A DNA stretch of 64,000 bases from an uncultured Chloroflexia bacterium (GCA_963751345.1 CAVVUS010000037.1:64001-128000); one strand, 5' to 3'; positions 1 to 11,717 are shown, numbered from the stretch's first letter. The notes: generated by a model not told the origin, from the letters alone. Made by a program: numbers and translations.

Positions 1-1205
1 CGGTACCCGGCTGCCGTCTCGGGATCAGGAACTGCGCGACAAAAGGCAGCAGGGTTCGCTTCTTGACGTGCTGCTGCGCCACCAACTCGTCGAGGATCTC
101 AGGGTAATCGCTGCCCAGCCTGCAGAGCGGCAGCACCCTCTGGGGTCCGAGCGACAGCGACGGCCTCCCGTGATCGGGGGAGGCCCACATCTGGCCAGGA
201 TCTCCACCGTTGGTGTCGATCCTGACGTGGCTGTCGCCGCCCAGCCCGACTGTATGCACATCTGCCGCCTCCACCATCGTACGGAACCGGCCCACCTGTG
301 CCCCCTGGGGATTGAGCCGGGGATGCCCGTCACGCAGCGCGGCGATGTCGGTGGTCGTTCCGCCGACGTCGACCACCCAGACGTCCTCGCGGCCGGCGAT
401 GTGCCAGGCGCCGACGACGCTTGCCGCGGGACCGGACAGGATCGTCTCGATGGGCCGTTGAATAGCCCACTCCGATCGGACGAGGGATCCATCACCCTTG
501 ACGATCATCAACGGTGCGGCCACCCCAGCCTCGTCGAGCATCCTGCGGACGGTCAGAATCAGATCGCGTAACGTGGGGATCAGCCGCGCGTTGAGCGCGA
601 CCGTCGTCGCCCGGCGAATGGCGTTCAGCTTCGTCGTGAGCTCGTGCCCGCAGGTCACCGGTAATCCCGACCAGATCCTCGACCAGCGCCTTGACGCGCA
701 GTTCGTGCGCAGGATTCCGCACGCTGAAGTAGCCCGACACGGCGAAGGCGCTGACACTGTCGCGGCGCGCAAGGATAGCCTCGCGGACGGCCTGCTCATC
801 CAGCGGCGCCCGCTCCTCACCGTCGATGTTGTGACCGCCCCGGATGTAGACGACGTCCTGCGTGGCGAGGTCCTCGGCAAAGGCGTGGGTGCGGATCAAC
901 TCCGGGTCATATCCCAGCAGGAGCAAGCAGACGGGGCTGCCCTGTCCCTCCACGATGGCATTGGTCGCCAACGTCGTCGAAAGGCCCACAAGACCCACGT
1001 CGCCCGGGCCGATGGCTCGCTCCCGCACGATCTGCTATCCGCGCCTCGGGCGCAAAGACGCCGCGTATCGCCGCCCCAATGCCGATGGAGAGATCGCGAT
1101 GCGTGGTCAGCGCCTTTGTCGTTGCCAAACCCCACCCGTCTCCTGATCCACCAGGACGGCATCGGTATAGGTGCCGCCCGTATCAATGCCCAGTGCGATG
1201 TCCAT
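1..1205 (-). CDS. Hydantoinase/oxoprolinase family protein, N-terminal part (frameshifted; runs off window start)
   Basis: ATG at 1205 reads MDIALGIDTGGTYTDAVLVD; ORF 492-1028 has STTLATNAIVEG and FAVSGYFSVRNPAHE; several frame changes. Confidence 0.85.
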
Positions 1206-1424
1206 TTATGTCGATGTATCCTTCACCTTGAGAGTCAGATAACCAACATAACGGTCGATCGGATCCTGCATACAACGCCGGTCGTCGGCCGATCGGCCGA
1301 CGACACGGGCTCTTATCTTACTACGGTGTCGGCTGAACGCGAGAGCTTGCAGTCTGCACGACACAGCAGTATACAGGTATTGTACTCTTGGACAGGTCAC
1401 CAAGTCGGGAGGCTCGCGATTCAC

Positions 1425-1943
1425 ATGAGCAACACTCTCATTCCTGCGTTGCTGGCTCTGGCGTGTGGCAGCATCTTCATCCTGGCCCTTATCGGGCTGG
1501 GACTCTTTCTCGTGATCCAGGGCACCCGCAGCCGCCGCAAGGCAGGTGAGAGCCTGCAGTGGCCCAGCGTGAGTGGAGTTATCGTGGAGACGCAGGTTCG
1601 TGAAGCCCGTAACACCGACGACGACGGCAACATCGATGTGAGCTACTACCCGCGCGTGGACTACACTTATGAGGTGGGAGGGCAGACGTATCGTTCTCAC
1701 CTCATTGCGTTTGGCGCCATCAAGCCGGTGAAGAACGCGGCTCAGGTGCAGAAAGGACTGGAGCGCTACCCCATGGGTGGCCCGGTGACCGTCTACTACA
1801 ATCCGGAAAAGCCGTCCGAGGCGGTGTTGGAGCGAGCGCCGGCGCACACACAGGCACTGCTCGTCATCGGTGTCATATGCCTGGTCCTTGCACTTTGCCT
1901 CGGCGGCCCGCTGATCCTGGGTGTCATCAACAACATCCGCTAG
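1425..1943 (+). CDS. DUF3592-like membrane protein
   Basis: N-terminal TM helix, WPSVSGVIVE...YYPRVDYTYEVGGQTY...VTVYYNPEKPSEAVLE, C-terminal TM helix; start MSNTL within ORF 498-1943. Confidence 0.8.
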   Translation: MSNTLIPALLALACGSIFILALIGLGLFLVIQGTRSRRKAGESLQWPSVSGVIVETQVREARNTDDDGNIDVSYYPRVDYTYEVGGQTYRSHLIAFGAIKPVKNAAQVQKGLERYPMGGPVTVYYNPEKPSEAVLERAPAHTQALLVIGVICLVLALCLGGPLILGVINNIR

Positions 1944-1976
1944 ATCGCACTCACTCGGACCGAGCTAACGCACTGC

Positions 1977-3704
1977 CTAAAGCGTGTACTTCTGCGTGAT
2001 CGGCGGGCGGCGGTCCTTGCCGAAGGCGCGCACCGTGATACGCACTCCCGGCGGCGCCTGCCGCCGCTTGTACTCCGCACGGTCCACCATCCTCACGACG
2101 CGCATCACGAGCGCCTCGGATACGCCGAGATTCCTGACGATCTCCTCGGGTGATTGGTCCTCTTCGACGTATGCGCGCAGGATCGGATCGAGAATCTCGT
2201 ACTCGGGAAGGGAATCGCTGTCCTTCTGGTCGGGCCGCAGCTCCGCCGATGGCGGGCGCGTGATAGCGCGCTCCGGGATAACCGGGCTCTCGCCCTGCTC
2301 GTTGCGCCAGCGCGACAGCGCGTAGACCAAGTCCTTGAGTACGTCCTTGATAACGGCGTACCCGCCGGCCATATCGCCGTAGAGCGTCGCATAGCCCACG
2401 CTCATCTCGCTCTTGTTGCCGGTCGTCAGCACCATCCAACCGAACTTATTGGAGAGCGCCATCAGGTAGTTGCCGCGGATGCGCGCCTGAACATTCTCCT
2501 CGGCGACGTTGGCCGCGGTGCCCGCGAACGGTGCTGCCAGCGCGTCGAGATAGGCGACGAAGACTTGCTCGATCGGAATGGTCATATAGCCGATACCGAG
2601 ATTCCTCGCCAACACAGCTGCATCATCATTGCTCATGTCCGCGGTATAGCGCGACGGCATCGAGACACCCGTGACGTTCTCCGGGCCCAGGGCATCGGCC
2701 GCAATGCAGGCGACGAGGCTGGAGTCGATGCCGCCCGATAGCCCGATCACAACCTTCTGGAATCCGTTCTTGCGCACGTAGTCGTGGGTGCCCAGCACCA
2801 ATGCGCTATAGATCTCGGCGAGATCGGGTAAGGGCTCGACCAGGTGTTCCGGCACGCCGGGTTTCTCGCTGTCAGATTCGGCCCCCGCGACAGGAAGATT
2901 GATGACGGGTAACGAGGCCGACGTGGCCTTCCGGCGCCGCGGATCGTGGAGCCGCCACCGGAACACGGCAGCCGTGTCGACGTCGGCGACGACAAAGTCT
3001 TCCTTGAATTGCGCGCCACGCGCGATCACCTCGCCTCGCTCGTCGATGATCAGGCTACGTCCGTCGAAGATCAGCTCATCCTGTCCCCCCACCAGATTGC
3101 AGAACGCCAGCACGGCGGCGTTATCCGCGGCACGCGTCCGCAGCATCTGTTCGCGCGAACTGCCCTTTCCCGCGTGGTAGGGAGACGCAGAGATATTGAT
3201 GAGCAGCCGTGCGCCGCCGTCAAGCGCTTGCTCCTCAGGCGGACCCGCAGGATACCAGATGTCCTCACATATGCTGACGCCAAAGGTCAACTGACCACGG
3301 CGCAGCACACAGTTGCTGTTACCCACCTGGAAATAGCGATCCTCGTCGAAGACGGCGTAGTTCGGAAGATAGTGCTTGTGATACGTGTGGACCCATACGC
3401 CATCGTGGAAAATGGCGGCGGCATTGTGAACGTCGTCGTCCACATCGGCGAATCCCACAATCGCCGTGATGTCCTGCGTCGTGTCCGCAATCGTGCGGAC
3501 GGCATCGAGGTTAGCCTGGAGAAATGACGGCTTCAGGAGCAGATCCTCCGGCGGATAGCCGGTCACGGACATCTCGGGGAAGAGCACGATATCGGCGCCC
3601 ACGTCCCGAGCGCGCCGGATTCCGGCCTCGATCTTGCTCACATTGCCATCGATGTCCCCAACGACTACATTGATCTGCGCCATCGCGATTCGGGCACGGC
3701 TCAT
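1977..3704 (-). CDS. nadE: Glutamine-dependent NAD+ synthetase
   Basis: Nitrilase-like domain (FPEMSVTGYPPEDLL, ICEDIW) plus synthetase domain (GLSGGIDS, ENVQARIRG, TGNKSE, GYATLYGD, PSAELRPDQKD). Confidence 0.97.
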   Translation of the reverse strand: MSRARIAMAQINVVVGDIDGNVSKIEAGIRRARDVGADIVLFPEMSVTGYPPEDLLLKPSFLQANLDAVRTIADTTQDITAIVGFADVDDDVHNAAAIFHDGVWVHTYHKHYLPNYAVFDEDRYFQVGNSNCVLRRGQLTFGVSICEDIWYPAGPPEEQALDGGARLLINISASPYHAGKGSSREQMLRTRAADNAAVLAFCNLVGGQDELIFDGRSLIIDERGEVIARGAQFKEDFVVADVDTAAVFRWRLHDPRRRKATSASLPVINLPVAGAESDSEKPGVPEHLVEPLPDLAEIYSALVLGTHDYVRKNGFQKVVIGLSGGIDSSLVACIAADALGPENVTGVSMPSRYTADMSNDDAAVLARNLGIGYMTIPIEQVFVAYLDALAAPFAGTAANVAEENVQARIRGNYLMALSNKFGWMVLTTGNKSEMSVGYATLYGDMAGGYAVIKDVLKDLVYALSRWRNEQGESPVIPERAITRPPSAELRPDQKDSDSLPEYEILDPILRAYVEEDQSPEEIVRNLGVSEALVMRVVRMVDRAEYKRRQAPPGVRITVRAFGKDRRPPITQKYTL

Positions 3705-3804
3705 GGTTCCTCCCCAGGGTCCAAAGTCTCAAGGCCGGGTAACAGTATACACGCTTTGGTAGGGCCGGGAACCGGTTGATAGGGGACGGAGGCATCTACG
3801 AAGG

Positions 3805-4297
3805 TCAGGTTGTGTCGATCAGCTCACAGACAGGGCCGGGACCCAGCCCGGGGTGCGCCGCCGACCCGCTGCTATGGAGCGCGGACTCAAGCTGGTGCAA
3901 TAACTTCGCCGGAGGAACGACGCCGTAGTTGATGTGCACCACGCGACCGCTGGGGTCAACGACCAGGCTGGTCGGCAGCGTCAGAATGTTGTAGGCCTTG
4001 GCTCGGTCGGGTTCGGCCTCTACATCCACAGGCTCGATCAGAGTGCGCACCCTCTCATCGAGCTGGGTCCACAGGCGAGCCTGGGTCTCGCACGACACAC
4101 AACTGTCGCTCCGAAAGTAGATCACGCGAGGGCACGGATCACCAGGTTCCCTCAGCGACGGTGCAGCGCCTGTCGAGCGCGGCACTTCACGCATGAGCTG
4201 CATTGCTGGCCCTGCGGCGTTGGTACCAGGTAGCCAAGAGGGCCAGGAGGCCGGCCACGACAACGACCGCGAGGGCGATCAGAAATCGATCGAGCAT
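3805..4297 (-). CDS. Membrane-anchored thioredoxin-like protein (frameshifted)
   Basis: ATG 4297 gives TM segment MLDRFLIALAVVVVAGLL; a second frame has CVSC and ILTLPT thioredoxin motifs. Confidence 0.75.
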
Positions 4298-4302
4298 GAG
4301 CA

Positions 4303-4764
4303 CTATCCGGTAAGCCGGCTGCGGGAAAACCCCGGCACGCCTAATCGGTTGAGTTGATAGTAGACGAAGCAGCCCAGACAGAACCCGGCAAAGAGGTTAA
4401 GAGAAGCCAACAGGACATGGAACCAGGCGAGGCTCCATCCGACAACGGGCCGACCAAGCAGCAGAAACGCGGTAGCAGCCAGGGCCAGCACCCCTCCCAC
4501 ACCCTTCGCAAAGCGGTGAGGCTCCTCGTAGTCAGAGATGATATTCGCACGAACAAGGCCCAGCGGCTTGAGCACGACTCGGTAAAGCTGGCGCCACAGC
4601 GAAAGGTTCGGACCCAGCAGGCCTACAAGATTGACGACGGCCACAGCCGCTACGAGGGGCCAAAAATCGACGACGAACCCCGTGACAAGCAGCAGAATCG
4701 TGCAAGCCTGGCTTACCTTGATTACAGATTGGTCCACACGCGGCATCTCCGGCCTCTCGTTCAT
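4303..4764 (-). CDS. DUF4395 family membrane protein
   Basis: PHRFAKGVG...LASLNLFAGFCLGCFVY signature. Confidence 0.8.
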   Translation of the reverse strand: MNERPEMPRVDQSVIKVSQACTILLLVTGFVVDFWPLVAAVAVVNLVGLLGPNLSLWRQLYRVVLKPLGLVRANIISDYEEPHRFAKGVGGVLALAATAFLLLGRPVVGWSLAWFHVLLASLNLFAGFCLGCFVYYQLNRLGVPGFSRSRLTG

Positions 4765-4877
4765 ATCAGTTTCGCTCCTCACGATCACGCTATGCAGTGT
4801 CCGATATTCTACGATTAAGGATAGCAGAATATCACAAATGAGCCACTGACGCCAGATGCAGGAGTTGACATTTTGCA

Positions 4878-4906
4878 TTGACAATAGAACTAATGTCCTA
4901 TATAAT
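4878..4906 (+). promoter_or_regulatory. Consensus sigma70 promoter P1 upstream of the topoisomerase operon
   Basis: TTGACA (4878-4883), 17 bp spacer, TATAAT (4901-4906). Confidence 0.85.
4885..4900. promoter_or_regulatory. Putative LexA (SOS) operator inside the promoter spacer
   Basis: TAGAAC-TAAT-GTCCTA, one mismatch to the GAAC-N4-GTTC palindrome. Confidence 0.6.
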
Positions 4907-4944
4907 AGGAATAGGGTTATCGCGCATATTGGACGCCATGGACT

Positions 4945-4973
4945 TTGACGGGGCAAGTGACCTATGCTATACT
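4945..4973 (+). promoter_or_regulatory. Second sigma70 promoter P2 (extended -10)
   Basis: TTGACG (4945-4950), 17 bp, TG-c-TATACT with the hexamer at 4968-4973. Confidence 0.6.
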
Positions 4974-5176
4974 CCTCGCGTCGACCTAGAAGTCGCCTGA
5001 TCCTGGTCCGCATCCACCACACTGGGCGAGGATCGGTCCGATGCCCCCCTTTGTCGACCTGCGGATCTGAGGGCCATGAACGACCACGACGCTCACCCTC
5101 TGCAAGTGGAAAGACCAGGCCAATATCGCTATCGTGGTGGCACGATGGCTGTGGTGGATGTGTAAGTGAGGAATGA

Positions 5177-7186
5177 ATGGTAAAGAAACAAGCAGTCTAT
5201 GACGCATCATCTATCCAGGTGCTGGACTACCCGGAGAATATCCAGCGTCGTCCCGGTATGTACGTGGGCGGCAAGGGTGAATCGGCGCTGCACCACCTGG
5301 CGATCGAGGTCATCGACAACTCAGTCGATGAGGCCCTGGCGGGCGTCTGTGACTGGATTGACGTAACGATTAGGAAGGATGGCAGCATCACGATCGCAGA
5401 TGACGGGCGCGGATTCCCGGTGGGTATCCACCCCGAGAAAGACAAATCCGCGTTGGAGGTCGCGTTCACAGAGCTGCACTCCGGTGGCAAGTTCGACCAA
5501 GGCTCTTATTCGACTTCTGGCGGCCTGCACGGCGTCGGCATCAAGGCCACGAATGCTTTGTCCAAGTGGCTCGACGTCGAAGTGAAACGCGACGGCGTGA
5601 TCTACCATCAGCGCCACGAGCGTGGCCTGCCGGTCACTGCAGTACTGATACTTGATCCCCATAGCCGCGACGTCATCGGCGAGGTCGGTGAACGTAAGGA
5701 GAAGTCCGTGATCCGCCAACACGCGGATCGTCAGATCGGCACCGGGAGCACGGTCTCCTTTATGCCAAATCCGGAGTTCCTGGACGTGACCGAGTTCGAC
5801 TTCAGCACGCTGGCACGACGGCTCCAAACCGTGGCGTTCCTGGTGCCGGGGCTGAAGGTCCACATTGTGGACGAACGAGATACGGACAATGAGCGCACCT
5901 ACCAATACAATGGTGGGATCGCCGAATACGTCGCCTACCTCAACCGGGACCGTCAGACCATCAACGAACCGATCACGATCACAGGTCAGACCGAGGACAA
6001 CACCAGGGTCGAGATCGTGCTCCAATATCAGGACCAAGACGAGGAGGAGATCATCTCCTTCGTCAACACCATCCCCACCCCCGACGGGGGACGTCACGTA
6101 GCGGGATTCCGTTCGGCCCTCACCAAGGCGGTCAACGTCTTCGCGGGAGAGAAAAAGCTCCTCAAACCCGGAGACGAAATCACGGGACGCGATACGAGTG
6201 CCGGAATCACGGCGATCGTCAACGTGAGCATGCGCGATCCGCAGTTCACGAGCCAGACCAAGACCCAGCTCGGCAGTGACCAGGTCCAGGGACAGGTGCA
6301 CTCGATCGTCTACGACGCGCTGTTGACCCAATTCCGGAAGAAGATGCCGCTCGGGCGCGCCATCGTGTCACGATGCCTGGCGGCCTCCCGCGCGCGCCAC
6401 GCCGCCGCGAAGGCCCGCGCGCTGGTCATGCGGCGTTCGGTCCTGGAGATCGACGAACTGCCGGGCAAGTTGGCCGACGTAGCCAAAGGCAGCCCGACCA
6501 ACCAGACCACGCTCTTTATCGTGGAGGGCGATTCGGCCGGGGGCTCCTGCAAGCAAGCACGCAACCGCAACTACCACGCGATCCTGCCCCTGCGCGGCAA
6601 GATTCTCAATACCGAACGCGCCCGGCTCAGCAAAGCACTCGCCAACGCCGAGGTCAAGTCCATCATCGCTGCCGTCGGCGCGGGCATAGGCTCGGACTTC
6701 GAGACGGAGAAGATGCGCTATGGGCGGGTGGCGATTCTGGTCGATGCCGACGTAGACGGCGATCACATCAAGACGTTGCTCTACACCCTCTTCTGGCGGC
6801 TGATGCGCACGATGGTGGAGGACGGGAAACTCTTCATCGCGCGCGCGCCCCTCTACCAGTTACGCAACGGTAAGAACAGCGCATACGCCTACACTGAAGC
6901 GGAGCGGGAACGCATCCTCAAGCAGTGGAAAACGGACAAAGCCACGACCCAACGCTACAAGGGATTGGGCGAGATGAACCCCAGCCAGCTTCGCGAGACC
7001 ATCTTCAAGGCGGGCGACCCCAATCCGTGGTTCAACGAGCATATGGCCCGCGTCACCGTCAACGACGTCCACGCCGCCAACACGACTGTCTCGCTGTGGA
7101 TGGGGGGCAGCCCCTCACAGCGCCGCGAGCGGTTGATGGAACATTGGGATGGTAAGGTCGTCGCCGACAACGGCGCCGGTGACTAG
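5177..7186 (+). CDS. Type IIA topoisomerase subunit B (GyrB/ParE-like)
   Basis: [61 protein letters not shown]. Confidence 0.95.
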   Translation: MVKKQAVYDASSIQVLDYPENIQRRPGMYVGGKGESALHHLAIEVIDNSVDEALAGVCDWIDVTIRKDGSITIADDGRGFPVGIHPEKDKSALEVAFTELHSGGKFDQGSYSTSGGLHGVGIKATNALSKWLDVEVKRDGVIYHQRHERGLPVTAVLILDPHSRDVIGEVGERKEKSVIRQHADRQIGTGSTVSFMPNPEFLDVTEFDFSTLARRLQTVAFLVPGLKVHIVDERDTDNERTYQYNGGIAEYVAYLNRDRQTINEPITITGQTEDNTRVEIVLQYQDQDEEEIISFVNTIPTPDGGRHVAGFRSALTKAVNVFAGEKKLLKPGDEITGRDTSAGITAIVNVSMRDPQFTSQTKTQLGSDQVQGQVHSIVYDALLTQFRKKMPLGRAIVSRCLAASRARHAAAKARALVMRRSVLEIDELPGKLADVAKGSPTNQTTLFIVEGDSAGGSCKQARNRNYHAILPLRGKILNTERARLSKALANAEVKSIIAAVGAGIGSDFETEKMRYGRVAILVDADVDGDHIKTLLYTLFWRLMRTMVEDGKLFIARAPLYQLRNGKNSAYAYTEAERERILKQWKTDKATTQRYKGLGEMNPSQLRETIFKAGDPNPWFNEHMARVTVNDVHAANTTVSLWMGGSPSQRRERLMEHWDGKVVADNGAGD

Positions 7187-7205
7187 GAAAAAGGAAGGAA
7201 CCAGA

Positions 7206-9698
7206 ATGGCAGCAACCGCAGCCAGTGTTGAGGAAACCTACACCGATACCGTCGAACTGTATCGGGACATGACCCAGGCCTACATCGGCTATGCGCGCGA
7301 GACCATTGAGGACCGCGCGCTACCCGACGTGCGCGACGGCCTCAAGCCCGTGCAGCGGCGCATCCTCTATGCGATGCACGATCTTGGGCTGACACACAGC
7401 AAACCACATAAGAAATCCGCCCGTATCGTCGGAGAGGTTCTGGGTAAGTACCATCCGCACGGCGACAGCTCGGTCTACCTGGCGATGGTGCGCTTGGCCC
7501 AGGACTTCGTGATGCGGGCGCCCTTGGTCGATGGACAGGGCAACTTCGGATCCATCGACGGCGATTCTCCGGCGGCTATGCGGTATACCGAAGCGCGTCT
7601 CAGCGCATTGGCGGAGACGATGCTCCAGGATCTGCAGATGAACACGGTGAGCTGGGTCGACAACTTCGACGGGAGTCTCCAGGAGCCGACCGTCCTGCCC
7701 ACCGTGCTGCCCAACCTGCTGGTCAACGGTGTCGACGGTATCGCCGTCGGCATGGCCACAAAGATTCCGCCTCACAACCTCGGCGAGGTATGCGATGCCG
7801 TGGTTCACGTCGCCAAGCAGTGGTCCCGTCGGGCCAAGATCACGGTCGACGAGCTGATGAAGATCATCCCGGGCCCAGACTTCCCGACCGGCGGGTTGAT
7901 CTACCGCTATCGCGACCAGGGCGAGGGCGATCCCATCGACACGATCCGTCAGGCGTACCGGACGGGGCGGGGCCTCGTCGTGATGCAGGCGCGGGTCCAA
8001 CTGGAGGACATCGGCGGAGGCAAGACCAACATCGTCGTCACCGAGCTGCCCTATGCCGTCCTGAAGACCACGGTCATCGAAAAGCTCGCCCGCGAGATCC
8101 GCGAGGGGCGCCTCACCGGCATCACCGACCTGCGCGACGAGTCGGACTACACGGGAATGCGCGTCGTCATCGAACTCTCGCGAAACGCCAACCCGAATGA
8201 GGTCATCGCGGAGACGCTGAAGTACTCGCAGCTTCGTGAGACCTTCGGCGTCATCAACCTGGCGTTGGTCCCGACCGACGACGGCGAGACCCGGCCCACG
8301 TATCTGTCGCTGGCGCAGATGCTAATCCACTTCGTGCACCATCGCCTGATCGTCATCGAACGCCGGAGCCAATACGAGCTGGAGGTCCGGCGCGCGCGGC
8401 TGCACATCGTCGAGGGATTGCTCAAAGCGCTGGATATCCTCGACGAGGTGATCGACACGATCCGCCGGTCGCGGACGGCAGAGACGGCACACGACAACCT
8501 GATGCACAAGTTCGGTTTCACCGATCTCCAGGCCACGGCGATCCTGAACATGCAGCTTCGCCGCCTGGCTGCGCTGGAGCGCCGGCATCTCGTGGACGAA
8601 GCGAAAGAGCTGCGAGACCGCATCAAGTTCCTGGAGAGCCTTCTGGGCTCGGAAGAGAAGCGACTCGAGGTCATCGTCGAGGAGACGACCCAGCTCAAAG
8701 AAACCTACGCTACACCCCGGCGAACGGTGATCATCGACACGGCGGAGAACGCCGCAGGGAACGGCAGCTTTACCACCCAGGCGGATCTGGTCATGCCGGA
8801 GGGGAAGCAGTTGGTCATCCTCACTCCCAACGGGATCCAGCGCCGGGACGCTTCAGGCTACTACTACCGCGTGGACGACGGGCTCACGAGTCGCGCGCCC
8901 GCCGGGGGCGGGCACCTCGCCCACCTTGAGGTCGAGCCAAACGAGGAAGTACTCCTCTTCTCCAGCAGGGGACGCGGGTGGAAGGGAGCCGTCGGCTTTG
9001 TTCCGGAGGAAGCCACGCCCGAAGCGATGGGGCTGGCCAAGGGTGAGGAGATCGTGGGTGCGGTCATCCTGAACCCCGACGATCATCTCGTGATGGTCAG
9101 TCGCGCCGGCAAGATCAAACGAACCAAGAGCGCAGACCTCTCCCTACCCGACCGGAGCTGGGATGTCATCATGGGGCTGGACGACGACTCCGATCGGTTG
9201 CTGGTCGGAGCGGTAGCCAACGACACCGCTCACGTCGTCTTCTATACGGCGGAAGCGCAGACGTTGCGCATCGACGCCAGCACGGTCAACCCACAGCAAA
9301 CGGGCTCAGCCTCCGGTGTGGTGGGGATCAAGATTCGCGAGGACGACACACTGCTCGGTGCCGTCGTCGTGCCCGACGGTGAGAAGGAAGAGGCGCTGTC
9401 ACAGATCGTGGTCGTATCGGAAACCGGCTACGTCCACCGCTTCGCCCTGGCCGAAGTCGCGGTGAAGGGACGTGGCAGCATGGGCGTGCGCTGTCTGCGC
9501 ATCTCCAAGTCCACCGGCAAGCTGGGGGGATTCGCCATCGGCCGAGAGGATGAAGGCGTTGACGTCTTCCTCGTCGACGGGCGGCGCTATCACCAGACCA
9601 TCAAGGCATTACCGGCTACCGCACGAGACGTCCAGGGCAACAAACTGATCAAAGACCCGAAGAAACAGCCTGTGGTACAGGCGGTGGTGGTAAGATAG
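7206..9698 (+). CDS. Type IIA topoisomerase subunit A (GyrA/ParC-like, no recognisable GyrA-box)
   Basis: [32 protein letters not shown] (catalytic Tyr), GPDFPTGG, beta-pinwheel-like C-terminal domain; AAGGAAGG RBS before ATG 7206. Confidence 0.95.
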   Translation: MAATAASVEETYTDTVELYRDMTQAYIGYARETIEDRALPDVRDGLKPVQRRILYAMHDLGLTHSKPHKKSARIVGEVLGKYHPHGDSSVYLAMVRLAQDFVMRAPLVDGQGNFGSIDGDSPAAMRYTEARLSALAETMLQDLQMNTVSWVDNFDGSLQEPTVLPTVLPNLLVNGVDGIAVGMATKIPPHNLGEVCDAVVHVAKQWSRRAKITVDELMKIIPGPDFPTGGLIYRYRDQGEGDPIDTIRQAYRTGRGLVVMQARVQLEDIGGGKTNIVVTELPYAVLKTTVIEKLAREIREGRLTGITDLRDESDYTGMRVVIELSRNANPNEVIAETLKYSQLRETFGVINLALVPTDDGETRPTYLSLAQMLIHFVHHRLIVIERRSQYELEVRRARLHIVEGLLKALDILDEVIDTIRRSRTAETAHDNLMHKFGFTDLQATAILNMQLRRLAALERRHLVDEAKELRDRIKFLESLLGSEEKRLEVIVEETTQLKETYATPRRTVIIDTAENAAGNGSFTTQADLVMPEGKQLVILTPNGIQRRDASGYYYRVDDGLTSRAPAGGGHLAHLEVEPNEEVLLFSSRGRGWKGAVGFVPEEATPEAMGLAKGEEIVGAVILNPDDHLVMVSRAGKIKRTKSADLSLPDRSWDVIMGLDDDSDRLLVGAVANDTAHVVFYTAEAQTLRIDASTVNPQQTGSASGVVGIKIREDDTLLGAVVVPDGEKEEALSQIVVVSETGYVHRFALAEVAVKGRGSMGVRCLRISKSTGKLGGFAIGREDEGVDVFLVDGRRYHQTIKALPATARDVQGNKLIKDPKKQPVVQAVVVR

Positions 9699-9736
9699 CA
9701 ATCAGCGGTTAGCGATCAGCTTTCCAGGAGATGCCT

Positions 9737-10739
9737 ATGCGTGCAGCTACCCAGACCACCCTCCCGCGCTGGCGAGGGTTCAACCTGCTGGAGATGTTCA
9801 CCACGAGGAGCAGTGGAGATTTTCGGGAGGACGATTTCCGCTGGATGGCCGACTGGGGATTCAACTTCGCCCGGATCCCCGCCTGCTACACACTGTGGAT
9901 TGAGGACGAGGATGTCTACAAGCTCCACGAACCTATGCTGGCGAAGATAGACCACGTCGTCGATCTGGGGCGGCAGTACGGCATCCACGTCTCGTTCAAC
10001 TTCCACCGCGGCCCCGGCTACTCTGTGAACCGAGAGCGGCAGGAGCCTTTCGACCTCTGGAAGGACCAGGAGGCGCTGGATGCCTTCGTCTTCCATTGGA
10101 CAGACGCTCGCGGAGCGCTACAAAGGCATCCCGTCCGACGATTTGAGTTTCGACCTCGTCAACGAGCCGCCCTCGCCCCACCCGGACGGCATGACCCGTG
10201 AGGACCACGAACGAGTCGTTCGCGCCACCGTTGCCGCGATCCGCGAGATCGACCCCGACCGGCTCATCATCGCCGACGGGCTCGGCTACGGGCGGCTGAC
10301 GATGCCGGAGCTGGCCGATCTGGGGATTGCACAGAGCTGCCGCGCCTACGAGCCGATGGGCGTCAGCCACTACAAAGCCTCGTGGGTCAACGGCGAAGAT
10401 TGGCCGGTTCCCCAATGGCCCGGAGCGTGGCACTATGGTGCGACCTGGGACAGGAGCAACCTCGAAGCTGCGTACGCACCGTGGGCCGAACTCGCCGCAC
10501 AGGGCATTGGCGTTCACTGCGGCGAGGGTGGCGCTTTCAACAGGACGCCCCACGACGTCGTCCTCGCCTGGTTGCGTGACGTCTTGGAGATCCTCACGGG
10601 CTACAACATCGGTTATGCCCTCTGGAACTTTCGCGGCGCCTTCGGGATCCTCGATTCGGGTCGCGACGACGTGGCGTACGAGGACTGGCACGGGCACAAG
10701 CTGGACCGTCCGCTGCTCGACCTACTCCAGGAGTTCTGA
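9737..10739 (+). CDS. Glycoside hydrolase family 5 (frameshift near 10100)
   Basis: WRGFNL, GFNFARIP, DLVNEP (acid/base), HCGEGG (nucleophile), ALWNFRG; split over ORFs 9731-10201 and 10080-10739. Confidence 0.88.
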
Positions 10740-10750
10740 TCCGACGTTGC

Positions 10751-10785
10751 CGGCGACGCTCGCTCTAGTAAAGCGAGCGTCGCTG
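10751..10785. terminator. Hairpin between convergent genes
   Basis: CGGCGACGCTCGCT-loop-AGCGAGCGTCGCTG. Confidence 0.6.
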
Positions 10786-10819
10786 ACTTGCGGTATACTC
10801 CCTGCTCCCCAATCTCGCT

Positions 10820-11668
10820 TCACGGATGCTTGCCCAACATCATCCCGTGAAGGGCCCCCTGGAGATTGCGGGTGATGGCGCCGGGCTTGCCCTCGCCGAT
10901 GGGACGGCCCTCTATCTCCACGACGGGCATGACGCCGGTGGTCGTCCCCAGCAATAGCACCTCATCCGCATCGCACAGGGTCTCTTCCAGTATGGGGCGC
11001 TCTTCGTAGGGGATCTCGAGTTCCTGGCATAGGGTCAGAACCGCATCGCGGGTCACACTGCCCAGGATGTGATGCGTCAGCGGATGTGTGACCAACTGCC
11101 CGTCGAAGACGGCGCACACGCTCGTGTGCGAGCCCTCGGTCACCACACCATCCCTGACCAGGATCGCATCGTAGGCCCCCGCTTGCTTCGCACGTTGGCT
11201 TGCCAGGACGTTGGGCAGCAGCATCAGTGACTTGATATCACAGCGAGCCCAGCGAAGGTCCGGCAACATGATGGCGCGGACGCCGTTGGCCCACAGTGCT
11301 TCCGGGGGTACAAATGGCTCAGCCGAAGCATAGACGGTCGGGGAGACGGGTCTCTCCGGGAAGGTATGTCCGCGTGGTGCCACACCGCGCGTCACCTGGA
11401 TATAGAGCTTCGCGCCTGCATGGTCGAGGGCGTTCTGTGGGAGCAGCGCCTCAACGGAGGATCTCAGCAGCCCGAGATCTGGGAGAGGGATTTGCAGCGC
11501 CTGGAGGCTGCGCACGAGGCGCTTGAAGTGCACGTCCGACATGAAAAGCGTCCCGTCATAGGCACAGATGACCTCATAGACGCCGTCGGCGAAGAGGAAA
11601 CCACGATCGTCAGGCGAGATACGGACGTCCTCCTTGGGCAACAACTCTCCATTGTAGTATACGATCAT
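10820..11668 (-). CDS. dat: D-amino-acid aminotransferase (class IV PLP enzyme)
   Basis: DRGFLFADGVYEVI, YIQVTRG, RWARCDIKSL, VTEGSHTS, ILGSVTR. Confidence 0.88.
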   Translation of the reverse strand: MIVYYNGELLPKEDVRISPDDRGFLFADGVYEVICAYDGTLFMSDVHFKRLVRSLQALQIPLPDLGLLRSSVEALLPQNALDHAGAKLYIQVTRGVAPRGHTFPERPVSPTVYASAEPFVPPEALWANGVRAIMLPDLRWARCDIKSLMLLPNVLASQRAKQAGAYDAILVRDGVVTEGSHTSVCAVFDGQLVTHPLTHHILGSVTRDAVLTLCQELEIPYEERPILEETLCDADEVLLLGTTTGVMPVVEIEGRPIGEGKPGAITRNLQGALHGMMLGKHP

Positions 11669-11717
11669 TGGCTTTAGGAGCTCCAAGTCCTGAATGCTAA
11701 TTGCCAGGCAAGGACAG

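Noticed and set aside
498-1424. 5' part of the 481-aa plus-strand ORF 498-1943
   Set aside because: Antisense shadow of the hydantoinase gene; the real protein starts at 1425
5177-9698. Labelling the pair gyrB/gyrA
   Set aside because: No GyrA-box is visible; gyrase versus Topo IV cannot be settled without phylogeny
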